Shown here: positions 8,139 through 16,126 of the stretch, one piece after another
Layout: each line of letters starts with the position of its first letter
Numbering within the stretch: position 1 is the stretch's first letter
From: Eubacteriales bacterium
GTDB lineage: Bacteria > Bacillota > Clostridia > Oscillospirales > JAAYXM01
Length of the DNA: 64,000 nucleotides
Direction of reading: 5' to 3'
NCBI GenBank assembly: GCA_045595365.1
Contig: JAZOAI010000028.1
Coordinates: 14,621 to 78,620 of the forward strand
Position numbers and translations under genes: made by a program
Notes under the pieces: model-generated
Databases searched by the model: none
What the model saw: the letters and a program-made list of their open reading frames with translations, nothing else
Told to the model about the DNA's origin: nothing

Positions 8139-9722
8139 GGAGAAGGAAGAGCAAGGGAGTGGACGGATGTTTTCGCCAAAAGGCGGAAACGAAGTCAAAC
8201 GCACTTTGCTCTGACGTGGTGGAGCAGATATCATCAAGGATGAACACTCCTCTGCACCGTCATTTTCTCCTTCAAGAGCTGCTTCAATATCATCAAGTGG
8301 GATGTTCTCAATGTTCAATGGCTTCTTACTCGCATTGATAATTAATGTGAAATGATCATCATACAAATAAACAGAACGGACAAATATATTTATAATCGCA
8401 CGGCGCTTGTTTACATCATCAAAAGGTATTTCGCATACATAGTTCAAAAATGCTAAAACTTGTGCTTCTGATAAACATATTTTCTTATTATTCTCAATGG
8501 CAAGCTGAGTTTCCAATTCTGCCTTTTCCGCCTGTCTCTTATTTAGTCGCTCGGTTAGCATATCAACCGACTGACCTTGTTCGATACCTTTCCACAGATT
8601 TTCGATAGCAATATCTATTTCTTTGATTGCCCTTTTGAGACCTTTTACAGAAACATTATCCGGGCTTTTGTTGCATTCCTCCGAAACACGTTTGGCAATG
8701 AATTTGATTTTATCATCAGTGAGCATTTTAAGGCATTCGCTTACAACTCGTACTTCGATATATTCCTTGCCAACCATCTTTTTGTTGCATTTCTTTTTAC
8801 GAGCATTTTTACACATATAATAGTGATACTGTTTTCCGGATTTTCCCGTCCCACCATATCCGACCATCATCTCTTTACAATGCCCACAGTAAAGCTTTGT
8901 AGTTAAAAGATATTCATTTTCACCACGTGTTCGTGCAGGTGCGGTTTTATTCCTATTCATAAGGTCTTGTACTCGGTAGAACAAATCGTCATCCAGTATG
9001 CGAGGCATTCCTCCGGGTGTTTCAACTCCTTTATATAAGTATATACCTATGTATCGTTTATTACTGAGTAGGCGGCTCAAACTGTTGTAAGTGAATTCGT
9101 TGCCAAGCGAGGTCTTTACCTTTCTTCGCTGTAAGTCTTTTACAATATCGGCTTTTGTCTCTCCGCTTGCATAGCGCTCATATATTTCGCGCACAATAGC
9201 GGCTTCCTCTTCGTTCACGTAGAATTGGCGCTCCTTGTTTACTTTAAAACCCAAACCGGGATTGCTTCCATTTGATAGACATTTTTCTGCATTAATTGCC
9301 ATTCCTCTGTGAATTTTTTGTGCCAACTCTACCGAATAATATTCAGCCATACTTTCAAGAACGCCTTCGATTAGAATTCCCGAAGCATCATCTGAAATGT
9401 TTTCCTTTGCAGATAAAACCCTCACTCCGTTTTTCTTTAATTTTGCTTTATAAATCGCACTATCGTATCGGTTTCGTGCAAAGCGATCAAGCTGATATAC
9501 AAGCACGCCTTCAAAAGTGTGTTTTTCACTATCTGTAATCATCTTTTGAAAATCGGTTCGAGTATCGAACTTGCCACTTTGAGCTCTGTCAATATATTCG
9601 CCGACTACGGTATAATTGTGCGATTCAGCATATTCATAACAAACTTTTAATTGTCCTTCTATAGATTGCTCTGTTTGACTATGACTTGAAAACCGAGCGT
9701 ATATTACAACATTCATCAACAT
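7974..9722 (-). CDS. Large serine recombinase (resolvase/invertase N-terminal domain + recombinase + zinc-ribbon)
   Basis: N-terminal VVIYARFSSHSQ...QL catalytic-serine domain, a central recombinase domain, a Cys cluster (CGHC...CKNARKKKC) and a coiled coil. The last ~80 codons read into GC-richer hairpin-laden DNA, so the true C-terminus is uncertain. Confidence 0.9.
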   Translation of the reverse strand: MLMNVVIYARFSSHSQTEQSIEGQLKVCYEYAESHNYTVVGEYIDRAQSGKFDTRTDFQKMITDSEKHTFEGVLVYQLDRFARNRYDSAIYKAKLKKNGVRVLSAKENISDDASGILIEGVLESMAEYYSVELAQKIHRGMAINAEKCLSNGSNPGLGFKVNKERQFYVNEEEAAIVREIYERYASGETKADIVKDLQRRKVKTSLGNEFTYNSLSRLLSNKRYIGIYLYKGVETPGGMPRILDDDLFYRVQDLMNRNKTAPARTRGENEYLLTTKLYCGHCKEMMVGYGGTGKSGKQYHYYMCKNARKKKCNKKMVGKEYIEVRVVSECLKMLTDDKIKFIAKRVSEECNKSPDNVSVKGLKRAIKEIDIAIENLWKGIEQGQSVDMLTERLNKRQAEKAELETQLAIENNKKICLSEAQVLAFLNYVCEIPFDDVNKRRAIINIFVRSVYLYDDHFTLIINASKKPLNIENIPLDDIEAALEGENDGAEECSSLMISAPPRQSKVRLTSFPPFGENIRPLPCSSFSPKSQRLFGDPGSPIRESSDIKAFVPPNGKRTPHGVLFPFEFGYEGESNPERVCA

Positions 9723-9785
9723 TCCTCCAATCTATACAGTATATAACTATAATCACTCTCCCTCAAAAGTCGATTCTGCAAAAAA

Positions 9786-9983
9786 TCAGGCATCCGAAAT
9801 ATTATTATCGGATGCCGATTTAATATATTCAGGATGCTCGATCAACCACTTTTCAAAGTATGCATTCCCTTCGTCGCTGTTATAGAAATCTATGATTTCC
9901 GGAACTAACGCTTTAGCAAAGCAAATAAGCAGTTCTTCGGGAAGATCCACTTTAGTATAGTCGATATTTGGATGTTTCTGCAT
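9786..9983 (-). CDS. Small hypothetical protein
   Basis: 65 aa with a gaggtgag RBS, tightly packed behind the ParB-like gene in the same operon. Confidence 0.55.
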   Translation of the reverse strand: MQKHPNIDYTKVDLPEELLICFAKALVPEIIDFYNSDEGNAYFEKWLIEHPEYIKSASDNNISDA

Positions 9984-9992
9984 AGGCTCACC

Positions 9993-10850
9993 TCATCGTT
10001 CTCGTTCTTTTTGCCGCAAGAGGAATTTTTGATAGTGTTCGCAAGCTTTAAGCACAAAATCATCCATTTGTTTTTTGCTTGCTTTCGGAAGATACTTTTG
10101 TATGCGTTCCATTGGCATTTTAAACATTTCCTTTTGATTTGCTTTTTCTTCTGACATAATTTCAAGAATTTTATCATCGTCAAGCTCTCCTGCCTGACTT
10201 AACTTTTTCATGCGAACCGCCTGAGATAATGACGGAGTGCAATCCTCGCTTTCAATAGCTTGTATCAGGTCTTGTTGTTCAATGTCATTGAGGTATGAAA
10301 GCTCAACTGCCGGAGTGAAGGAAATTCGACCCTCGTCCACATATTCTAAGAGTTTTGGATGCAGATAAGTAAGCCGTATATAGCGTTGTACAGTTTTGTA
10401 GCTTTCGCCATATGATTCGCCAATTTCAGCAGATGTTCTGCTGTCATCCGACTTCGGGACAAGTTGTCCCGAAGTTAAATCTGTCCTATGTCCCTGTCTG
10501 CTCATTGCATCCATCTTTAATTTATAAGCAAAGGCTTTTTCGCTTGGCGAAATGTTATCTCTGTGCAGATTACTGTCAACAAGTGCTATTGCGGCATTAT
10601 CTCTGTCCATTTCAACAACAAGGGCAGGAACTTCTGTGAGCCCTGCCCGTTTACTTGCAAATAATCTGCGATGCCCTGAGATTATTTCGTATTCATCATT
10701 TTCAAGCGGTCTGACGATGATAGGGGATAAAATCCCGTGTTCCTTTATGCTCTCAATCAGCATTTCCATTTCATCATCATGATTTACCTTGTAGGGATGA
10801 TTTTCAAATTCCCTTAATTTTGTTACATCAAGTTTTTTCATATTTTTCAT
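9993..10850 (-). CDS. ParB/Spo0J-like N-terminal nuclease-domain protein
   Basis: ParB-box region PIIVRPL...YEIISGHRRLFASKRAG. Its start overlaps the relaxase stop by 4 nt (ATGA coupling). Confidence 0.85.
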   Translation of the reverse strand: MKNMKKLDVTKLREFENHPYKVNHDDEMEMLIESIKEHGILSPIIVRPLENDEYEIISGHRRLFASKRAGLTEVPALVVEMDRDNAAIALVDSNLHRDNISPSEKAFAYKLKMDAMSRQGHRTDLTSGQLVPKSDDSRTSAEIGESYGESYKTVQRYIRLTYLHPKLLEYVDEGRISFTPAVELSYLNDIEQQDLIQAIESEDCTPSLSQAVRMKKLSQAGELDDDKILEIMSEEKANQKEMFKMPMERIQKYLPKASKKQMDDFVLKACEHYQKFLLRQKERER

Positions 10851-12220
10851 CGTGATTTCTCCTTATTTCTCTTTTCAATTTTTCTTTCCATTTCCCGTTC
10901 AATATCAAGGAGACGTTGCACTTTCGGTACAGTTTCCAAAGTAGCTTTTGCGATTTTGAGCTTATCCCGTATAGGTTTTATTTGTGCAGATATACCCCTG
11001 ATTTCGGATAAATACATATCTTTATCCTCAACGGTTTTAGCTCGTCTACGTTTGTTATCCGTTTTTGAACGTTCTTCCTCAAGCTTGGATATCTGCTTTG
11101 ATAAATTACCTATAAAAGCTTCAAGCTCCGGCACGGTGTTGATATTCTCATCGTGCAAGAGCCTGAATTGCTTTTGATATTGTTCGAGTTTTCTTAATTC
11201 CTGCCGTAGCTCAGGAGATAACGGTGGCGTGTAGTTTGGTTTTGGTGTGCTTGGCTTTAACAGTTCCATAAACAAATAAAACAAAGCTTCAAGCGTATCC
11301 ATATATTTCACACGCCTTAGTTGATACTCAAGTTCTTTAAGCGGTGTTTGACGATACTTGGCTTTTGTTTTCTTACATGGTTCGCTGAACTGATTTAAAT
11401 GAGCACGATTACCCGTTTCCCTGATCCTTTCTAAAATTCTGTACTTTTTATACTCGTTACCCAATCTGTCAAAACGAATTGCTTTTTCCCAAGTGAGAGC
11501 TTTAACAGATGGATGGTCTGTCGCTTCGGACCGTGAAAAGACATATCCCTTATGTTTCATAAGAGCGACAAACTCCACATAGCTTGCAGAATTATTTATT
11601 GCATCATCAACATCCTCACGGAGAATATCTCTGCGAGTTTTTCCACCTTTCTTATGTACCCAATATGCGTTTCTGTCACCGTTATAAAATTCCGCATTCT
11701 CAAGAACCGATTTTCCGTATTCCTTACATATCTCATCGGATATTTCTCGCAAGAGCTTATGGTCTGAAATATGGTTTTCAAATTTAAGCCCCGTTTTAAA
11801 TGACACGGAATTTATGACAAAATGGTTGTGGAGATTATCGGTGTTTAAATGCGTAGTAACAACGATTTCGTATTCTTTACCCCACATACGCCGTGCGGTC
11901 TTCATTCCAATCTCAAAAGCTTCTTCGGGAGTCACCTCACCTGACTTAAAGCTCTGATACCCATGATATGCTACATTACCGCCCATTTTTCCGTATCGGC
12001 GTTTTGTTGCCATCATCTGTTCACAGGCTCTTACGGGTGGACAGTTAATAGCTCCCACAAATAATTGCTTATCTGTCTTATCATCATTTGACACATATTT
12101 AAGAGCCGCTGCCAAGTCATCATCAAGATATTTTGGATTAGTGGTCTTGTCTGGGTTTTCTGCATATTTTACAACATCTTTTAATGAGCCTTTGACAGGC
12201 CAAAATCCCGTGGTTGCCAT
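10847..12220 (-). CDS. Relaxase/mobilization nuclease (MobA/VirD2-type)
   Basis: Histidine-triad motif HLNTDNLHNHFVINSV, an N-terminal relaxase fold and a C-terminal coiled coil. It immediately follows mobC. Confidence 0.85.
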   Translation of the reverse strand: MATTGFWPVKGSLKDVVKYAENPDKTTNPKYLDDDLAAALKYVSNDDKTDKQLFVGAINCPPVRACEQMMATKRRYGKMGGNVAYHGYQSFKSGEVTPEEAFEIGMKTARRMWGKEYEIVVTTHLNTDNLHNHFVINSVSFKTGLKFENHISDHKLLREISDEICKEYGKSVLENAEFYNGDRNAYWVHKKGGKTRRDILREDVDDAINNSASYVEFVALMKHKGYVFSRSEATDHPSVKALTWEKAIRFDRLGNEYKKYRILERIRETGNRAHLNQFSEPCKKTKAKYRQTPLKELEYQLRRVKYMDTLEALFYLFMELLKPSTPKPNYTPPLSPELRQELRKLEQYQKQFRLLHDENINTVPELEAFIGNLSKQISKLEEERSKTDNKRRRAKTVEDKDMYLSEIRGISAQIKPIRDKLKIAKATLETVPKVQRLLDIEREMERKIEKRNKEKSR

Positions 12221-12550
12221 TTATTCATCACTCTCGCTTTCAATCTTACTTTTGTCTGTTACAAGAAGCTTTGCATAAATTTCATCAAGAACCTTTACAA
12301 CCTCTGTTTGAAGTTCGATACTATTTAAAGTTCCAAGTGCTTCATACAGAATACCGATCCTTTCTGTAAACTCATAAAAGCTTTCAGGCATAAGAGCCTT
12401 GGGATAATATCCTAAAGCTCTCTTTCTCAAATATTCAGAAACCGACAAGCCACATTTGTTAGCTTTATTTTGTATGCGAACCTTTTCCTTTTCGGTAACT
12501 CGCGTTTTTAACTGTACTTTTCGTTCTTTCAAAATTATCACTCCTAACAT
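12221..12550 (-). CDS. mobC: MobC-type relaxosome accessory protein (ribbon-helix-helix)
   Basis: 109 aa. RVTEKEKVRIQNKANKCGLSVSEYLRKRALG matches the MobC/RHH pattern, and the gene abuts the relaxase start. Confidence 0.8.
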   Translation of the reverse strand: MLGVIILKERKVQLKTRVTEKEKVRIQNKANKCGLSVSEYLRKRALGYYPKALMPESFYEFTERIGILYEALGTLNSIELQTEVVKVLDEIYAKLLVTDKSKIESESDE

Positions 12551-12672
12551 AAATTTTTAAGGGGGGATTGGGGAACTCCCCAAAAGGGTAAAGGCAGGAT
12601 TTCCGAAAGGAAGTCCCGCCTTTTTCGGAATTTGTGGTACACAAGTTCCCTGCTCGTTACAGTACCGGACAG
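12551..12672 (-). promoter_or_regulatory. Candidate oriT / mob-operon control region
   Basis: Intergenic region directly upstream of mobC containing the inverted repeats ttgggga-ac-tccccaa and aggcaggatttcc-gaaa-ggaagtcccgcct. The call is positional inference only. Confidence 0.3.
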
Positions 12673-12972
12673 TTATTCTGTTCTCTGTATTGATTTAAGG
12701 CGAATATTGCCTCGTTTTCCTCTTTCATAGACAACTTCCACTCTTGTTCCAAAGTCTATTTCAGGTATTCCTAAGTAGTCATCGGGTTGCTGAAAGGCAG
12801 TGCACATGATTTTTCTGCCATCGTCCAACTCGACATAAGCAATGGCATTGCATTTTCTGCCCCATACCGCAAATCTCATTGTGCCTTTGAAAGTACCCTC
12901 AATCTCGTTAAACTCATAACCATCTCTGCTGAAGTTTGACATTGCAAACTGATTTCTTGATAAAATTCTCAT
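12673..12972 (-). CDS. Hypothetical protein
   Basis: 99 aa from the ATG at 12972, which has an aggagg RBS. No family recognised. Confidence 0.5.
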   Translation of the reverse strand: MRILSRNQFAMSNFSRDGYEFNEIEGTFKGTMRFAVWGRKCNAIAYVELDDGRKIMCTAFQQPDDYLGIPEIDFGTRVEVVYERGKRGNIRLKSIQRTE

Positions 12973-13043
12973 AATGTTTTCCTCCTGTAAATTTAATTTT
13001 GAGCATAAAAAATACACCTACCGATTTATCATCAATAGATGTA

Positions 13044-13961
13044 TTAGTTTTCTTCATCAAAGCCTAAATCAACTTTGGTGAATTCCTGATAAGCTAAGCC
13101 TATCTTTGTTATTCGTTTTTGAACTCCGCTGTGGTTTTTATAACCTAGCACTTCTGCGATTCCTTCTTGTGTGTATCCCTCCAATCTCATTTCAAGTATT
13201 TTTCTGTCTTTTTCTGATAAGATTTCCATAAACTGTTTTACTATCACCTCCGATATAACTTGTTCTTCTGTGTTTTGACTTGAGTCCTCAAATACCAACT
13301 CCTGCCCATCGTTATATTCTGCATACTTGGCTATTTCTGCATCAAGAGATATAATTGGATGTTGAGTGCGAGTGTGATACCATTTTCGTGTAAAATCAGT
13401 TTTTTGATTGCTGTTGCGGTAATCAAAGTCCTCGTGGCATTGAAACTCTTTTGCAACATCAAGAATTTCGTACATTTCATATTTTGCCATAACACTTTTG
13501 ACAGTGTGGTTAAGATAAACCTCAATGTCTTCAAATTCAAAAAATTGAAATTGCACAGAGCCTTCCTTTTGGCAATGACGATAGAGTTCGTTAACAGATA
13601 GTATAACTCTTTCTTCTATCAGACCTTCAAGCCAATATTGTGGTTTGTGTGCAAATATCCACGAAGGCTCATAGCCTGAGTAAATTTCTCTTGCCGCGCC
13701 AATCCCCATAAATGGCCACACTATGTATGCAGTTGCATCAATGATGAATTGAAGAAATAAGTCACTTTCTACAAAATCTATCCATTTTCTATCAAAAAAT
13801 AGAAAATTAGGATTTCTTGGCACTTCGAGAAATATTTGACCGGCTTCTTCTAACATTTCTTTTGGAAATATATAGAATAGCGGAATATACTCCGAATTCC
13901 TATACGCAGACACAGTTCCGTCTAAACGAGTGATGTGCAGTTGTTGTACTTTGGGTAACAT
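13044..13961 (-). CDS. Sigma-70 region-4 / LuxR-type HTH domain protein
   Basis: The C-terminal LSEKDRKILEMRLEGYTQEGIAEVLGYKNHSGVQKRI is a region-4-like HTH. The N-terminal 230 aa are unassigned. Confidence 0.6.
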   Translation of the reverse strand: MLPKVQQLHITRLDGTVSAYRNSEYIPLFYIFPKEMLEEAGQIFLEVPRNPNFLFFDRKWIDFVESDLFLQFIIDATAYIVWPFMGIGAAREIYSGYEPSWIFAHKPQYWLEGLIEERVILSVNELYRHCQKEGSVQFQFFEFEDIEVYLNHTVKSVMAKYEMYEILDVAKEFQCHEDFDYRNSNQKTDFTRKWYHTRTQHPIISLDAEIAKYAEYNDGQELVFEDSSQNTEEQVISEVIVKQFMEILSEKDRKILEMRLEGYTQEGIAEVLGYKNHSGVQKRITKIGLAYQEFTKVDLGFDEEN

Positions 13962-14328
13962 TTTTATTCACTTCCTTTCCGAGAATAGCATTCTCTATTT
14001 ATAAACGACATAAGTATATATAAAATGTTCCTGAAATTTAAAAATATTTTATCATATTGATTGCATCTCGTAAATATCTAGGTTCGTCAATAATGATGAT
14101 ATTTTAAAACTAATTTTATAACACATCATTGACAACTCCACAAAGAATTCAACTTCAATTTTGGAAAAGAAATTGAATATTCTAAACTATTTTGATATAA
14201 TTATAAGTAATATTATTGAATCTCCCTAATGATTTTAATGAATAGCATCAAAATTTAAATATGCAGGTGAGATTGAAGTTCTAAATTCATCTAATGATTA
14301 AAAAAACACCAAAGGAGTGACAGTAAAA

Positions 14329-16065
14329 ATGAAAATCTCATCATTGAAACTATCTGCAGATAGGAATTGCGAAGGAATTAAAATTGGCAAACAATTTAAA
14401 GGAGAGATTGATAAGCTTGGAGATATTGTTGTCTTAACGGGAGGAAACGGATCTGGCAAAAGCAGGTTTTTAAGACTATTGTATAATAGTTTTCAAAATA
14501 TAAAACATAAAGATGGCTCTAATGAACTTTGTTTTAAAGTCGTAGACACAGATGGGGTTTGTAAGGAATTGACAAGTGAACTTGCAAGTGAAATGAATAT
14601 CATAAACTATTCGCATTTTGATGCAAAATTACAATCTCCTGAAAAATTTTCGCCGTATGTTATACATCAAGCAAAAAACAAATTGAAACAGTGTAATTAT
14701 GAGGAAACAGCTTTGAACTCATTATTGTATTTAAAGGATTTAGTTGAAGGGTATTCTGATGAATCTAATCAAGCAAATTCATATAAGGAACTCAGAGAAT
14801 TTATTGAATTTGCAAAAGAATTCGAATTAGAATTTACTTTTATTGAAGAAGAAAGGAAATTAAAAATATTTGGTAGAGACATGGAAAAAGCAAATCTGTC
14901 CCCAGGCCAATTATATGCTTTACGTATCGCAGTAGCATGTAAAGTTCATGATATAGATGATAACTTGATTTTCTTATTAGATGAGCCAGAAACTCACCTG
15001 CATCCCAGTCTGTTGATTAAGGTAATTAATCAACTTTTAATGCGCTTCAAAGCCTCTCAATTTTGGATTGTCACCCACTCTCTATCACTTGTTTCATATT
15101 TGACAGTAACCAAAGAGGATACATCGGTACTTTATTTAGAAAAAGGAGAGGTGAGAGATCGATTGCGAAGCAATTCCGAATTAATTCTCAATGGATTGAT
15201 TGGGGCTGATGAGGAACAATTCGCACTTAAACAGTTATTTGCATCACCAGAGGAAATGGCTTGCAATAAATTTTGTGCAGAATGCTTTATGGATCCCTTT
15301 GTTGTAACAGGAGGAAGTTCAAATGATCCCTCTACTAGTATGATTGAAAATGAGTTGTATTCAGGTAAAGAACTTAAACCTGTTACTATAGTAGATTATG
15401 GTGCTGGATGTGGAAGGTTATTGGAATGTTTGGTCGAAGATGGGATCAAAAATGGCTACGAGTACTATGCTTATAACGTTGATCCTGAGGATGCACATTG
15501 TTGTAAGAATATAATAGAAAATTTCAATGTGAATGGTCGATCATATTTTAAAAAGGAAGAATTATTAGAACTTAAAAATAAAGTTGATAAGGTTATTATG
15601 GTAAATGTATTACATGAAATTCATCCTGATGAGTGGAAATGTGAATTTCAGACGATATCAGATTTACTAAAAGACGATGGGGAACTTATTATTGTAGAGC
15701 GTGAGGAATTAACAATAGGAGAGGCTCCTCATATAAATGGATACTTAATGTTAACAGGCGAAGATAATAAGTCTAGTGCAGCAGAAGAATTGTTTGGACC
15801 TAATAATGTTATATTAACAAGACATAAACAAAAACCATATATTATTAGATATACGATTTCTAAAAACGGTGTCACAACGGCGATTAATGCAAACATAGAA
15901 AGGGTTTTAAAACAGCTTGAAGAAGATGCAATTTCGCATATTGCTGAGCTACGTAAAGATCGAAAAAACATTTCTCAATGCAAGGAAAAATATAAACTTG
16001 GTCTAAGTTTAGCCTTTTGGCTGAATCAACTTTCTAGTGCGATTATGTATCTAAAAAAAGATTAA
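14329..16065 (+). CDS. ABC-type (AAA_21-like) ATPase fused to a class-I SAM-methyltransferase fold
   Basis: Walker A GGNGSGKS (nt 14440-14463), signature-like LSPGQ, Walker B/D-loop IFLLDEPETHLHP and H-loop VTHS. The C-terminal half has MTase motif I IVDYGAGCGRL (nt ~15388), the acidic YAYNVD and VIMVNVLHEI. ATG at 14329 with an aaaggag RBS. Confidence 0.8.
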   Translation: MKISSLKLSADRNCEGIKIGKQFKGEIDKLGDIVVLTGGNGSGKSRFLRLLYNSFQNIKHKDGSNELCFKVVDTDGVCKELTSELASEMNIINYSHFDAKLQSPEKFSPYVIHQAKNKLKQCNYEETALNSLLYLKDLVEGYSDESNQANSYKELREFIEFAKEFELEFTFIEEERKLKIFGRDMEKANLSPGQLYALRIAVACKVHDIDDNLIFLLDEPETHLHPSLLIKVINQLLMRFKASQFWIVTHSLSLVSYLTVTKEDTSVLYLEKGEVRDRLRSNSELILNGLIGADEEQFALKQLFASPEEMACNKFCAECFMDPFVVTGGSSNDPSTSMIENELYSGKELKPVTIVDYGAGCGRLLECLVEDGIKNGYEYYAYNVDPEDAHCCKNIIENFNVNGRSYFKKEELLELKNKVDKVIMVNVLHEIHPDEWKCEFQTISDLLKDDGELIIVEREELTIGEAPHINGYLMLTGEDNKSSAAEELFGPNNVILTRHKQKPYIIRYTISKNGVTTAINANIERVLKQLEEDAISHIAELRKDRKNISQCKEKYKLGLSLAFWLNQLSSAIMYLKKD

Positions 16066-16126
16066 ATTTTGCTATAATCTAAAAAATTTTAACGCTAATT
16101 TGCGATGATACAAGGAGGAAATAACG

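Noticed and set aside
7810-8243. Two overlapping ~135-aa plus-strand ORFs in the hairpin cluster
   Set aside because: Neither has an RBS, and both are composed of palindromic hairpin sequence and overlap each other in different frames. They are most likely non-coding.
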